A stretch of 63,979 nt of DNA, counting the filler, from Reticulomyxa filosa (lineage: Eukaryota; Protista; Foraminifera), in assembly GCA_000512085.1 (NCBI GenBank). It is 24 parts of 24 records of this genome, joined end to end, with 100 filler letters (N's around TTAATTAATTAA, not from the genome) between each part and the next. Parts side by side here need not be neighbours in the genome. Positions count along the whole stretch, not along the records: positions 50,064 to 51,832 come from ASPP01015876.1; positions 51,933 to 52,950 come from ASPP01045867.1; positions 53,051 to 54,378 come from ASPP01008654.1; positions 54,479 to 61,297 come from ASPP01008644.1; positions 61,398 to 62,752 come from ASPP01016124.1; positions 62,853 to 63,979 come from ASPP01035588.1; 18 more parts are not named here. One strand, written 5' to 3'. Below the pieces are notes generated by a model. It had not been told where the DNA came from. It saw only the letters and a program-made list of their open reading frames with translations, and ran no database searches. Made by a program: the position numbers and the translations under genes. This document shows positions 51,216-63,979 of this stretch, one piece after another (within the stretch, counting starts at the first letter, position 1; every line of letters starts with the position of its first letter).

Positions 51216-51759
51216 TCACCGGTCGTCCTGCGGATAAAGCGCCTCGTACTCGCCTTCGATATCTCCGAACACCGTCCAGAAAGCGGGCGGCGTTCGCCCA
51301 TGGGCGCGCTCGACGAGAATAGCGAGATGAGTGTGCCACCCGCCTGAGGTCATGATCATTGCCGCACGGTCGGGAAGACGACGGTGAGTCAGGATGAGGC
51401 GCACCTTCTCGCCCTCCGCAAACAGTTCGAACGTCACGTCCGAGTCACCCCAGGAGATCGAGAGCAAGCGCGGCGGGTCGATCCGCAGCACGCGCTCGTG
51501 CGCGATATGGCCCTTTTCGTCCATGTCCCTGAATCGCTCCGGCGGCGGCGCCTTGTCGGGCGACAGGTCGCGATGCCGGAAGCGTAGTTCGACCGCGCCG
51601 CCGGGCTCCAACGCCAGGGGTCCGCTGGCGAGCCATTGGCCGCGTTTTCGGAATCGACGAGGAATTCCCACACCGTTTCGATCGGCCGGGAAGCAGCCGC
51701 TCGAAGCGAACTTCGGCGGGAGCCACGAGGCGGCCGTGGTTCTTGCCCGCGGTGGTCAT
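51216..51759 (-). CDS. SRPBCC/AHSA1-family protein (frameshifted near 51680-51695)
   Basis: VRFERLLPG-PIETVWEFL..WLA.G..RVLRIDPPRLLSISW..VTFEL..LILTHRRL..GGWHTHL. Confidence 0.85.
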
Positions 51760-51832
51760 GGGGACTTCCTCTTCCTTCGGGTCTGACGCAGCAGCGCCGC
51801 CTCGAGAGCATCGAGGCGAGTTGTCCAGAAGT
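51756..51832 (-). CDS. ArsR-family regulator, C-terminal end
   Basis: FWTTRLDALEAAL..; its TGA overlaps the SRPBCC ATG (ATGA), the common ArsR-SRPBCC pair. Confidence 0.75.
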
Positions 51833-51932
51833 NNNNNNNNNNNNNNNNNNNNNNNNNNNNNNNNNNNNNNNNNNNNTTAATTAATTAANNNNNNNNNNNN
51901 NNNNNNNNNNNNNNNNNNNNNNNNNNNNNNNN

Positions 51933-52087
<155 letters not shown>

Positions 52088-53050
52088 TGAGAAGTAGTCT
52101 TTATTCTTGCGTTTTTGAATTTGAATGTATCCCGCCTTAAAAAAAACGATTGAATTCGTAACTTATGCACCCTGACAACAACACCTTTCAAAATAGGCCC
52201 AGACTTGCTACTATTAATTGTTTCTCCCACCCAAAAAGACGAGAAATAAATCCAGTATAGGGACCTGCCTACAAATTATTCATTAAACTTTTGGAGAATT
52301 CAATTTATTCAATCACATCCCAAAATTTTCTTTTCGAATTCTATCACTTTGTCATTATATGCTTTACCATCATTGATACAAATAATTCAATTGCCTTATT
52401 TAAATTGAATTTATTATATTCATTATTTTGATATTTCTTTTCAATAAAACAAATTTCATGTTGAATCAAAGGTTTAGGTCTCATAAAAATATTTCAAACT
52501 GTGATATTTTTTACTTCATTGAAATAACTTCATCCCAAAAATATAACGAAAGAACAAGCAGCCCCTATTTTTATTATTAAAAGTAATTCAAATATTTGAA
52601 AGATTCTTATCTTTGAACATGATTGTAACATTGATTTTTTGATAATGTGAAAGAATACACTTTTAGACAAGTAATTGGCTTTTGTCTCGTTATTATCATC
52701 ATTGTACCCACAAATTGATGAAAAATGTTATTAAAAAACAAATACAATATGTTCGCTTTCTTACTACTAACTTATATTCTTTGCTTAAAATTAAATAAAA
52801 TAAAATTTGTATGACGGAAAAAAAAGAAAAATTATCCTTTTACTGAACTTTTGAAAATATTAAAATAATAAATAAAATACAGAAAAGGTGTGTAATGCAA
52901 TAACAAAGTACTTTCTTTGGCTTTCTAAATAATTGGTAAATTTATAATTTNNNNNNNNNNNNNNNNNNNNNNNNNNNNNNNNNNNNNNNNNNNNTTAATT
53001 AATTAANNNNNNNNNNNNNNNNNNNNNNNNNNNNNNNNNNNNNNNNNNNN

Positions 53051-53082
<32 letters not shown>

Positions 53083-54378
53083 GCTATTACTATTGTTTCG
53101 TTCATTATTACTTACATTGCTGTTATTGCTATTGTATTTGTCTTTGTTTACATTTTCATTTTTAACGTTTGAACTTGACAGCTCTTTGATCGGATACGAA
53201 TTGGAAGAGTATACCCAATCCATTTTCTCCTTGTTGTTGGCTTGTTTCGTTTCGTTTCCGGTGCTGACAGACGCAGATGCAATGGAAGAAGAGGCCGATA
53301 TTGGTTGATTGTCCACAAAGGGTACACCCTGTCGAGTGAACTCTTCGAAAGGCGTGTACAACTCCCATCCCTCGTCATACACTGTTGCTTCATACGCTTT
53401 AGTCTTTGCTTTCTGTTGTGTGCGCACTTGACCATGCTGCTGCGACGGCTGACGTTGCTGCTTAAATGCAAAAGTGTCGACAACGGATATCCGCTTCAAC
53501 TGGTTGCATAGCCATTGCTTCCACTCACTCATTCGAGATGCACTAATGTCGAATATCCAATCCATCTTCCTCACGTCTTTGCAGCTGATTTGAAACAGGT
53601 ATTGATAATTGCGATGCAACAAGGCCTGACGAATGGAATCGGCATTGTCTTTGGCCGAACAATTGTCTTGAGGAACACGTCTCACTGTCATTACACTTTG
53701 GCGTTGATCACTTGTTATGCGTTGTGACGGATAGGTCGAAACAATATTATCATTATCATTATCATTCTCATTACCATTACCATTACCATTATCATTATCA
53801 TTGCCATTACCATGATTGTCATTTGTGTTATTATAATCATGCAGCTGTTGTGCATAACTGCTACCTAAGCCTCCTACTCGCGATTCATTGCTGCGCACAT
53901 GTTCATTGGACCGATCACTTTTACCTTCTTTTTTTTTTTCCATTTGCGCTTTATAGTGCTGCTGCAATCGTCGAATAGGCATTTGCCCCGAATCCGTGGA
54001 CTCGAGTAATGCCACCGATATCCCGTCCTTCACAATCGTGGTCAATGGAATCTCAAAATACGAGCGGATTCGATGAGTCAAGAATTGCTTGTCACAAGGA
54101 TGAAATATCAGACGATAATTAGTGAGGATGGGCATCCCTTCGATAGGTGGGAGTCCTGGTACTCGTAACGCAACGGAGTCGGTGTCTCGAAAAGCAGTCG
54201 GGCCTCGGCCACTTCAATTTCTCCGTGAAATAACGCATAGTCCAACGATGGGAACTTGGGTTGACGCACCCCAATTGCATTGCGAAATGGATTGAAATGG
54301 CTGCTCGACTCCGTATGTAACGTTGGCTTGGCACTGACATTGACATTAGCATTGGAATTGGAATTGGAATTGGAATTG
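53051..54378 (-). CDS. Myotubularin-related protein, PH-GRAM region (fragment)
   Basis: LFHGE.., ILTNYRLIF..EIPLTTI, QISCKDVRK, TFAF, GWELYTPFEEFTRQGV; long Asn-rich inserts. Confidence 0.8.
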
Positions 54379-54478
54379 NNNNNNNNNNNNNNNNNNNNNN
54401 NNNNNNNNNNNNNNNNNNNNNNTTAATTAATTAANNNNNNNNNNNNNNNNNNNNNNNNNNNNNNNNNNNNNNNNNNNN

Positions 54479-54517
<39 letters not shown>

Positions 54518-57295
54518 CCATCATCATCATCGACAGCAATAGCAACGGCAATGACCGCTCAGATACATGACACTTTGTCCTCGTCAGCAAATGTCGGCGG
54601 AGAACGGGAACGGGAACAGAAACAGGACATACAAGCACAGACCGCTACGAGCGACGGGCAACAAAAGAAAGACGAAGCTATCTTTGAAACCACAGTGAAG
54701 AAATTGTTGCCAGAAGACACTTGTTTTGTTTTGTTTTGTTTTGTTTAGTTTAATTAATCCTATCTTTTTTCTTTTTTTCGCATCTTTTTTTAAAAATAAA
54801 AAATAAAAAATAAAAAAAAGGGAAATACCTAACCCCAGTAATGTATATGACGTTTTGGGAGTTGGAAACGGAAGACATATTTGTGCCGAGCAGGGCGTAT
54901 GAAACGCAAAAAGAACGACTCGAAACTGAAATAAAAAGCACGGCTGGCCGAGTGGACGTGCTCGAAAAACAAAAGAAGGCGCTCGGCCGACTCGACTATC
55001 GCAGTCGCAAAGAGAAAGAAAAGCTGGACGAGGAACTCAAACAACACGAGAGGATGAACACGGAAATGGACGAAGAGAAAGACAAACAAGAAATACGCGT
55101 CGCCAAAGTCAAGAAATTGTTGCGGAGCAGGGCCGCGTGCGATCAGTGGTTCCCCGATACGTGCCAATTTGAACAGCAGTGTCGCACCCTACTCTTCCGA
55201 TGCTTGCTGCCAAGGATTTGGCTTTCCGACATTGACGCCATCTTTTGTGGCAAGTTTGTCGAGTTAATGGTCGATGAGAAATGGGAGCGCTTTTATCCTC
55301 ACCATTTGGGGGTTGCAGTTAAAAAATTACATTGAGGAAAAAAAAAGAGAAAAAATAAAAATTAACGCAAAAAAAAATCTGCTTTGTTATTTCTTTAGAA
55401 AATTAATTAATTTAATAATAATAATAATAACAACAATAATAATAAGGTTGTTCGAAATGTAAATCAAATCTTATCCTCTTCCACAACGGATGAGGCACGT
55501 CGCTTTGGACGCTTTATGAAAGAGTACTTGCTGTTGGCGGAAAGATATCGCGTGAATAAGAATATGCCGTTTTCCGTGAAGAAGCACTGGAGGTCGGTGA
55601 AGGACATGTTGGAAAATGGCATTGACGACACTTGCGACCGTGAGGACAGTAGCAGGACACCGCCAGTGGTGGCCATAACTGAGACACAAAAGCAAGAGTG
55701 GCTGAAGGCGAGGTCGCAGAACGGACGAAAGGATGACATGATATTGACGGGCATGAATCACATGGATTGGTGCACACACTTCCGGCAAATGCACCGCGAT
55801 CTGACCATATTCCTGGTCAACCTCATGCGTCGTAAAAATGTCTTGTGTCAGCGAAATGCTGTCGTCTTTTTGTTCGAAGTCAGAGAAGTTTATCCTAAAG
55901 TATTGTCTCATGCCAAACATTTGCACGGGTAAATTCATATGTATTTTTATTATTATTATTTCTACCATACGTATACATCTTCATAATGGACAAGGGAGAG
56001 GAGGGGGGGGGGGGGGTGGGGGAAAAAAAATAATAATAATAACGTATACATTTTGCAAATAGAAAAGTAACGACGATATGGAAACAAACAGAAAATCATT
56101 CGTCATTGCGTATGCAGTGTGAACGTGTGAAAAACTTTTTGGAAGCTAATATGGCCTACAGCACGGAAACAGGCGGGAACGGCGGACATTCTTCGACGTC
56201 TGGTGATGGTAATGCGGATGGCGGTAGTGGCGGAACCAGTGGTGTGAAGCGACAATTGTATATTGAAGAGACCAAGTTTGGCGGACGCAATTTAGTCCCT
56301 CCCAGAGGTGACACTTCGAATGTCAATAGCAGCTCCAATATCGCCCTGAATGCCGGCACTCCTCAAATACCTGCTTCTGCTGCAACTGCTTCGTCCTCCG
56401 CTCCCTTTCAAGCCAGTAATGCCAATGCAACCACAAGCACATCAAGTAGCACTGGCAACAACAATAACACGAGTAATAACAGTAACAATGGCAGTAACAA
56501 TAACAGTGGCAATAACACTGTCAATCCAAGTGGCAATCAAATGGCCGAATTACGTCGAAAGGCATTAGAGAGCAGCCGTCAAAAAAGAAAGTTGTCCCAA
56601 GTCTCTGGGGTCGAACGTGGATCTCCTTTGGAACCTCCACCCAAAAAACATGCGACTTCCTCTGATCGAGAAACCAAAAAGCCCAAAGAAAAGTTGGTAT
56701 ATGTTGTTGGTTGATAGCATTGGCAAATTTGGTCTGAATCTGTTGCATTATCAAAGTTGCTTGCTTTTGGCTTGTTTGCTTATACAGTGTCGATGCATCT
56801 ATATCTGAAAGTGATAATAGATCTCCTTCAAGAGATAAAGCACAAGGCCAAAGACTACGTGACAAGGAAAAAGATAAAGATAAAGATAAAGAAAAAGAAA
56901 AAGACACTGAAAAAGATAGACGTTCACGCTCGCAATCCCATCCTCATGGACGACGTCCTGAAAAGGACAAAGATAAAGAAACTGAGAAAGAAAAAGACAA
57001 AGACAACGAAAAAGAAAACGAAAAAGAAAAAGAAAAAACGAAAGATAAAGGAAAAGAAACAAGCACAGACAATTTGACGGTTTCTGTTCGGGTTACGCAA
57101 TCTGATGACAACAAACGAGCTGTCGTCACAAAAGATGCCAAGAAAAATGACGATAAACGAACAAAAGACAAAGAATATTCCTCCAAAGAGAGCCCGCCAG
57201 TTCGAGAACTTACGAAAGACAAGACAGAGAGAGATAACAAAAAAAACAAAAGAAAACGACTAGAAAATAATTTTTTCTCTTTTGTTTTGAGTTAA
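54479..57295 (+). CDS. THOC2: THO complex subunit 2, C-terminal part
   Basis: WKYLTPVMYMTFWELETEDIFVP..YE, CLLPRIWLSDIDAIFCGKFV, TTDEARRFGRF, RNAVVFL..VYP, and a K/D/E/R-rich tail. Confidence 0.9.
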
Positions 57296-57738
57296 AACAA
57301 ATGCTGTTTTTTTATTATTAGATTATATCTGTATGGTTTCTGTCTACTGTGTAATGCGTTCTCTCGTCCCCAATCTTTTTTAAATTCATCAAAGTTAACT
57401 TTTCCATATTCAAAACATTTTTTGTTAAAAACACGTTATTTGAGTAAGAGATAATTACTTTCATTTGATTAATCTACTTCTGCAAATTTTCTGTAAAAAA
57501 AACAAAATATTCATGTTTATGTAAACCTTCGATCATTAAGACTACCACACGAATAGCCAAACACAAACAATTAGCATTTTCACTTAAAAAAATAGAAATG
57601 ACACAGATCAAAAATTAAACGAGAAAAAGCCTTTCTAACACTGGTTGTGGTTCATCAAAATCAAACTTTTATGACAAACATTCTCGATTGGATTTAATTA
57701 AAGCCAAATGTTCGTCGTACTTTTTGTTTAAGAGTATC

Positions 57739-59463
57739 TTAGAACATTTTTTGATTGTACATATTTGCTGCAAGTTCGTCGTCTCTTTGTCGTGATCTAT
57801 GTTTCTTTTTTTCTTGTTTGGAGTGATGGACTTGCTTCTCTTTAATTTCCGTGTGTTGTTTTCTCTGCATTAAGGAATCAATGCTCATATTATGTTCCAC
57901 ATAGCTCACCGTTGACTGAGCTTGGGCTTCATTTACAGCATTGCGATTCATCCATAATGCATTACCGTAAATATTGGCTTTATCACACATACACCCCCGT
58001 AGGAAAACAAACACAAAAAAGTAGAGAAAAACACTGAATACCTCGTGCGGCTTCATAATCACCTATTCAATATATTGTGTATTCCAATCAAAGGAAAGTG
58101 TAATAATCAATCAAGTAAAAAAAAAAACAAAAACAAACACCCACAAATAAATAAACAAAGAAATGATAAAAGACCATGTAGATACCTTCTTCACACAGCC
58201 GTGCAGCTTTTCTAGACGCATTTGCTGTGTTATAACAATTCAATCAAAATAGAATTAAAGTGATGCATAAAGACAAAAAGAAAAAAAAACAATGACAAAC
58301 CAGCAATCACGTCCATGTTCAAATTTTTAATTACTTCCTCTTTGCTTCTTGTGATTGGTTTCTGTTGCGTGATAACACGTAGCATCTTGGCTATTTCATT
58401 GTTTTGTCCGTGTAAAATGTGTGAATTTCATTTCAATTGGTCTCAAACCAAAAAAAAAAAAAAAAAAAAGAAAAGCAGTAGGTATACCTCCATCAGGTCG
58501 AACGTATTGGATTTGCACTTGGAAGATGAGATGCTTTAGATTTTTATATTGATCTTGTTTCAAGAGTTGTTTTCGGAACACATACTCGAAATACACTCTG
58601 GAATCTTGAAACACATTGCCAATATCTTGGACTTGGCGACTAATTTCGATTTGCGACATGGCGCTTTCATCCGTCTTTGACTCGGTTTTTTCTTCCAAGC
58701 TTTTGGAGTCTGTGACATCCGTTGACGAACTGGTCTCTTTTTTTGAGATTGTCGTGGTGGTCGTGTTTTGTTTGTCTTCCTCGTTGCTTTGTTTTTTGCT
58801 GTTGACAATGATGTTGCGCTGAGCCTGACCTGGTTGTGAAAGCTCCGACCCTTGGTCTTCATCATCCGACTTGAAGCGAATAACAGGATGCAATAAAATG
58901 GTGGCTTGCACATTGGTTGCCAGCACTTTTTTTTGTAAAATGCCTTTGAAATTGGTCGTCAATTGCAACGGATTGATGCGTTGGACTTTGCCTTGTGTGA
59001 TGTCGCATACTTTGCCCAAATTTTCCAACTTGCATTGACTATCGGTTATCGATATGACATTCACCACGACGCCTTTTTCCAAAGCCCAGTTTGCAACTTG
59101 CTCGTACCATTGCTCCACGGTATCCAATTCGGTATCGTCGCCTTCAAACACTTCCAACGTGCCCAGTCCAATGTTTGCCAAACCGTCGGTACATAATATC
59201 ACTTGCGAACCCGCTCGCTGCGATGCCAATGCAACCGAAGCCACCAGCGCAGGACCCAACGCAGTCTGTCCTTTTTCCGTTAAACCCCACAGTTTGTCCG
59301 ACAGCGCTTTCGATGATTCCTTTACGTTCTTTTCGAATTTGTATTTGCTTCCAATCTCCTTCAATACGTCCATTTTCTGCAATTTATCGCCCGCAATAAA
59401 CTCAGGATCATTGATTCCATCGCCGATGATTGTCACTTCATTTGAAAAGGTTACCAGTCCCAC

Positions 59464-59507
<44 letters not shown>

Positions 59508-61247
59508 GTTTAGCATTTAAATACATTACTCAAAAAAAAAAAAAAAAATGAAAATGATTATTCTAACCTTTGCAATTGGGTTTTTCTTTAGCCAATCCAG
59601 TAATTTGATCATCTACTGCAGCTTGAACACTTTGCAATCGAGAAACCCTTTTGTTTAAATGAAATGACATGATTTGAATATGTTGTTGCAAACATGCATA
59701 TATACATATGTACATAAACGTATATGTATATGTACATAGAAGAGAAGATGCAATAAATAAAACCATGTAGTGTCTCTTTTTTGTCCGGGGAAAATTGGTC
59801 GGCTCTGTCTTCATTGAAGGCACTGATATCGGACATGTCTCGAGCACCGCGCAGCTGTATCTTTCCTTCCATCTCTTGCGTCACGCACTATCCAAAAGCA
59901 TGATTCAAGTTGTGTATTGAAATGTGGATTAGCGTCGAGCATGGAGCAAAGCAAAGAAAAGAAAAGAAAAGAAAATGAAAATGAAAAGTACACACCATTG
60001 AGCCGGAAATGTCAACACAAAATCTGTTTATCAAAACAAAATCAGTTAATGTTGAAAGAACGAATAAATGATTTTTATTTTTATTGTTTTTTAAAGATTT
60101 GAAACAACAACAATTAATAAATAATAAATAATAAATAATATAAAATGCAAGTAACATGACGTTATAATCGTCAGTCGATTTTTCATCGGAAGGTGGTTCA
60201 AGAATGTAATCAACACTTTCGCCTTGGGGAACTTCGTCTTGTTCAATGTCGACAGTGTTGACTTGGCCGCACAGCTGACAGTGCCAAGTTTGGTCGTGTT
60301 CGTCCGTGGTGGCCAGCTTGTCAATTGCGGACAGTATCGCCTTGCATTTCGTATTGTTGCACGTGTAGGCATCTCCCGTCGCTATTGCATTTGCTTTGTT
60401 GCCCAATGTGCCCAAGTCCAGCGCGACCACATTTGTGTTGATTTTTTGTTTTCGTACGACTTTACGCGATTCATGTGTTTTCTTTTATATATGCATATAC
60501 ATATATGTACATAGGACCAAGTTTTTTTTTTTTTTTTTTAAAAAAAAAAAACAAAACAAACATTGTTCTTGTCCATGATTGAGATAGCTTTAGTCACATT
60601 GTTTTTACGATAGTCTTGATGGCGTCCATCATTGACACTAGACTGGCTAATGGCTTGCGATCTTTTTACAGATCCTAAAGTATCGCTAGACGAAAGTGTG
60701 CTGCTTGAGAAGGGATTACTTGCATTTATATTTCCACTTCTATGTTCATTTGCATTTCCTCCTCCTCCTCCTCCTCCTACCATTCCCATTCCCATTCCCA
60801 TCCCTGCTCCCATCCAAATGCTTTGAGGGAAAAATGGCGTAGGGTGTAATGACGGTTGCACCGATGCACGCCATGGGGCGAGAGGGACTTCTTCAGATAC
60901 AGAGACGTCCTGTGTCGACGTGCCAGTCAAGCCGTATGGTTCTGACAAAAACACGTGATTCGCTAATGAGGTTTGTTCGACTTGTCTTGGCAACGGTAAC
61001 GGTGCTTGACCCAGTACCGGTGCTTGACCTACCAATGGCGCTGATCCTGGCAGTGGTGCCTGACCTGGCAATGGAGCTGATCCTGATCCTTGATAATGCG
61101 AGGATGACGGTAAGAACGATGAAGGCACAATCACAGATGGGGTTGCCAATGAAAACAACACTGGTGGAGGCATTGGTGCCAATGGTACTGTACTTGGCAA
61201 TGGAGCAATTTGCGATGGTTGATTCGACTGTTGCACTTGCTCTCTTT
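57739..61247 (-). CDS. Sec23/24-like Zn finger plus vWA protein (Cpras1-like family), multi-exon
   Basis: ATGDAYTC..CKAILS..WHCQLCG, FCVDISGSM (MIDAS), SRLQSVQAAV, GLVTFSNEV, TALGPAL, ILCTDGLANIGLG. Pro-rich N-terminus with 18-bp G(S/Q)AP repeats. Confidence 0.85.
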
Positions 61248-61437
61248 TTTAAATATAAACAAAAATTTTTTTTTTTTTTTTTAGGTTTTTTTTTTTTNNN
61301 NNNNNNNNNNNNNNNNNNNNNNNNNNNNNNNNNNNNNNNNNTTAATTAATTAANNNNNNNNNNNNNNNNNNNNNNNNNNNNNNNNNNNNNNNNNNNNAAA
61401 AAAAACACTTAAAAAAAAAAAAAAAAAAAAAAAAAAG

Positions 61438-62706
61438 TTCGAAAAATAATTGCGTTCGGAGGAGACGTGGTAAAATTCGCAGGAGACGCGCTGTTATGCG
61501 TATGGCCACCAGATCCGACCCTACACAATGATATGGAAAAGCAAAAAAAAGACTTGGAGCAACTGACGCATTTGGCAACAAAGTGGCATTAGAAATCCAA
61601 ACGGAACTGGGTGTGATGAAATTGGCTGGAGCAAAGGTCACCGAAAACTGGAGACGAAAAAGTGCGCCCGATGATCCAGTGTTGCGAATCAAGCTTGGGA
61701 TTGGCGCTGGGAAATGTTCACTGTTAATTGTGGGTGGAATTTTAGGTCGATGTGAATACTTGGTTTGTGGAGATGCTTTGATGCAAGCATTTCGTTGTGA
61801 AGTTTAATTACATACAAAAAATAAATATAAATTTTATATTTTATGTGTGTGTGTGTGTGTGCCATTCTCGTTTTTTTTTTTTTATTACAACCATGGTTTT
61901 TTTTTTTTTTTGTAGTATACGTGTGCAAGTACTTTACAAAAACGTACCTTTTTCTAAACGTACACATATATACCCCCCTCCTCCCCCCAAAAAAAAAAAA
62001 AGGCGGATTGCCAGCCACAACAAGTAGTGATAAGCAAAGAGGCACGCGAAGTATTAGGAGACTTGTGCGAATGCAAAGATATCACAGGCAGCAAAGTGGG
62101 GAACATGCTGGTGACGTCAGCGAATCCAGTCCGACGAGGACATTTCGAGAAGCTGAACGTGACTCCGCAGTTGGCCGAGAGGATCAAAGGCTACATCCCC
62201 TTGGCCGTTCGTCCTCACTTGGAAATGCCATCGACGTTGTGGACGGGTGAATTGCGTGAGGTGACAGTGCTGTTCATCAGCCTCCCGTTCGACGCCAAGC
62301 GACTGGTGCACTTGGACGAAGGAACGAGTTCGAGTGGCAATGCCCTGACCACAGTCCAAAAGAACATCAAAGTGTTGCAAGATGTGATCTACAAGTATCA
62401 AGGATCATTGAACAAATTCCTCGTCGATGACAAAGGGTCCACCGTCATGGCTGTGTTTGGCTTGCCGCCAGTGGCTCATAGCAACGACCCTTCTCGAGGC
62501 GTGTTGGCAGCGCTCGAGCTGCAAAAGAGACTCACCAGGATGACCAAGTTCTCCACCGCGGCCCTGGGTCTGGCCAGTGGCGTTGTGTTCACCGGCCTCA
62601 TCGGAGGCACTATCGGCTCTCGCAGAGAATATACCATTTTGGGCAACCAAGTCAATTTGGCTGCACGTTTGATGGGGCTAGACCAAAAAAAATTCCGTGC
62701 GGCTTG
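61438..62706 (+). CDS. Soluble (ADCY10-like) class III adenylyl cyclase, C1+C2 domains (fragment)
   Basis: C1 GGDVVKFAGDALL and LRIKLGIGAG..VGG..R.EY. C2 ELREVTVLF, NKFLVDDKG, VFGLPP.AH.ND, REYTILGNQVNLAARLM. Confidence 0.9.
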
Positions 62707-62852
62707 GTAGGGTTTTTTTTTTTTTTACGTATACGTATACGTATACGTATATNNNNNNNNNNNNNNNNNNNNNNNNNNNNNNNNNNNNNNNNNNNNTTAA
62801 TTAATTAANNNNNNNNNNNNNNNNNNNNNNNNNNNNNNNNNNNNNNNNNNNN

Positions 62853-63979
62853 TCGCTTTGTTCAAGCAGTGTAAGTATAACCTTTGCCAAATCATAGATC
62901 GATTGAAAGTCCATGTCCCAGATTTTTGCTTTCATATTTTGATTGACTTCGCGTAATGTAGCCGCCAAATGGCGAAACTTTTCATTTTGGGAATCATCCA
63001 TTCTTTGCATTGCAAATTCAAATTGTGATTGATCCGCAAAAATTTCATTGGTTGCCAAATCTTGGATTTTTTGTTGATTTTTGCAAATGGATTCCAACAC
63101 ATCTTTTTTATGTGAAATATTGTCAAGATAATGTTGGCATTCTAAATACCATTCAGATACCTCTGTAATGGTTGCTTCTTGTTTGGTTTTTTCTGATTGA
63201 TCAATAATTTTTACAAAATCTTGCCATTTCTCGTCTGTATTTTGCTGTTTTTCGTAGTTTGCGGCATTTACAATTGTTTTATTTTTATGGGCAGTTTGAA
63301 TTATCGTGGTTGCTTTTTTTAAGAGGTGCCAATGCGCTTCTGTTTGTAAAAAGCAAAAGGCATTTTTGATGTTTTGCAAATACGGCATTATATTTTCCTC
63401 CTGGAGTTTGGGGTCGGAAAATAAAATGTTTATCTCTTTCGGTTTGATATTCGTGTATATCTTTAAATAGTCATATCGCAATGTATTGTTCTTAATTTTG
63501 GTAATCAAATAATCCCATTCAAAATTTGCCTGTTTAAATACACCTATGATATCAGCAATGGTGGAAATTGGATTGAGCATGTGTCTTTTCCATATGCTAT
63601 GAAACAAGCCATTGTTGACTTGATCCGCCAACCATTGAAATTCCTTACTAAAGTCATTCAACACATTTTTTTCTTTTTCGAATTTGGCTTCCATATCCAA
63701 AATGTACTGATCGTCCAACTTTCTACAAAACTCATAAAATGCATTTAATTCAGTAGGAATTGTCGATAGATATCTCTGTAAAACTATTATGAAATTATCT
63801 GCCAATTTTTTATATTCCACAAATTTCTTCATTTCGAGATCCAACTTTGGCAAATCGATTATATCTTCATCCAATTCACGAATACGCGCTTCATTTTCAT
63901 CCTTTTTTAAAACATCACAAAGTGAAAAAGTGAGTTTATTGGCTTTAATAACACCATTTAATACTTTCAAAGTCTTTTG
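62853..63979 (-). CDS. Large alpha-helical unknown protein (internal fragment)
   Basis: Uninterrupted frame of about 375 codons spanning the contig, no recognisable motif. Confidence 0.75.

Larger units (their letters stand above)
50064..51832. other. High-GC bacterial contig (contaminant or associated bacterium)
   Basis: Abrupt GC jump, no introns, dense overlapping genes with ATGA coupling. Confidence 0.95.

Overview
This window is not one locus. It is 24 short contigs joined by an artificial 100-bp linker (N44-TTAATTAATTAA-N44). Twenty-three are AT-rich, intron-containing eukaryotic DNA in the standard code. The expanded WD40, Kelch, TPR and NACHT family motifs suggest a foraminiferan such as Reticulomyxa filosa; this is inferred from pattern recognition, not from a search. 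One contig (50064-51832) is GC-rich and bacterial. Recognisable genes include a WD40 protein, the C-terminus of a BIG/Sec7 ARF-GEF, an L-type lectin, a Kelch protein, UPF1, RPAC1/RPC40, a NACHT NTPase and mitochondrial ATP synthase beta. Also present are a C2H2 transcription factor, a PKG-like kinase, a SET protein, a calponin-like protein, PIP5K, myotubularin, THOC2, a Sec23-like Zn/vWA protein and a soluble adenylyl cyclase. Many single-base frameshifts sit in homopolymers and are probably sequencing errors. The leading observations are: (1) an NLR-like protein with a RelA/SpoT-type nucleotidyltransferase fused in front of NACHT; (2) an L-type lectin-cornichon fusion of two ER cargo-receptor families; (3) introns with a T-rich 5' half and A-rich 3' half that lack a polypyrimidine tract and are self-complementary; (4) a degenerate palindrome of about 620 bp; (5) a highly divergent, N-terminally extended ATP synthase beta. 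All domain calls come from reading motifs by eye.
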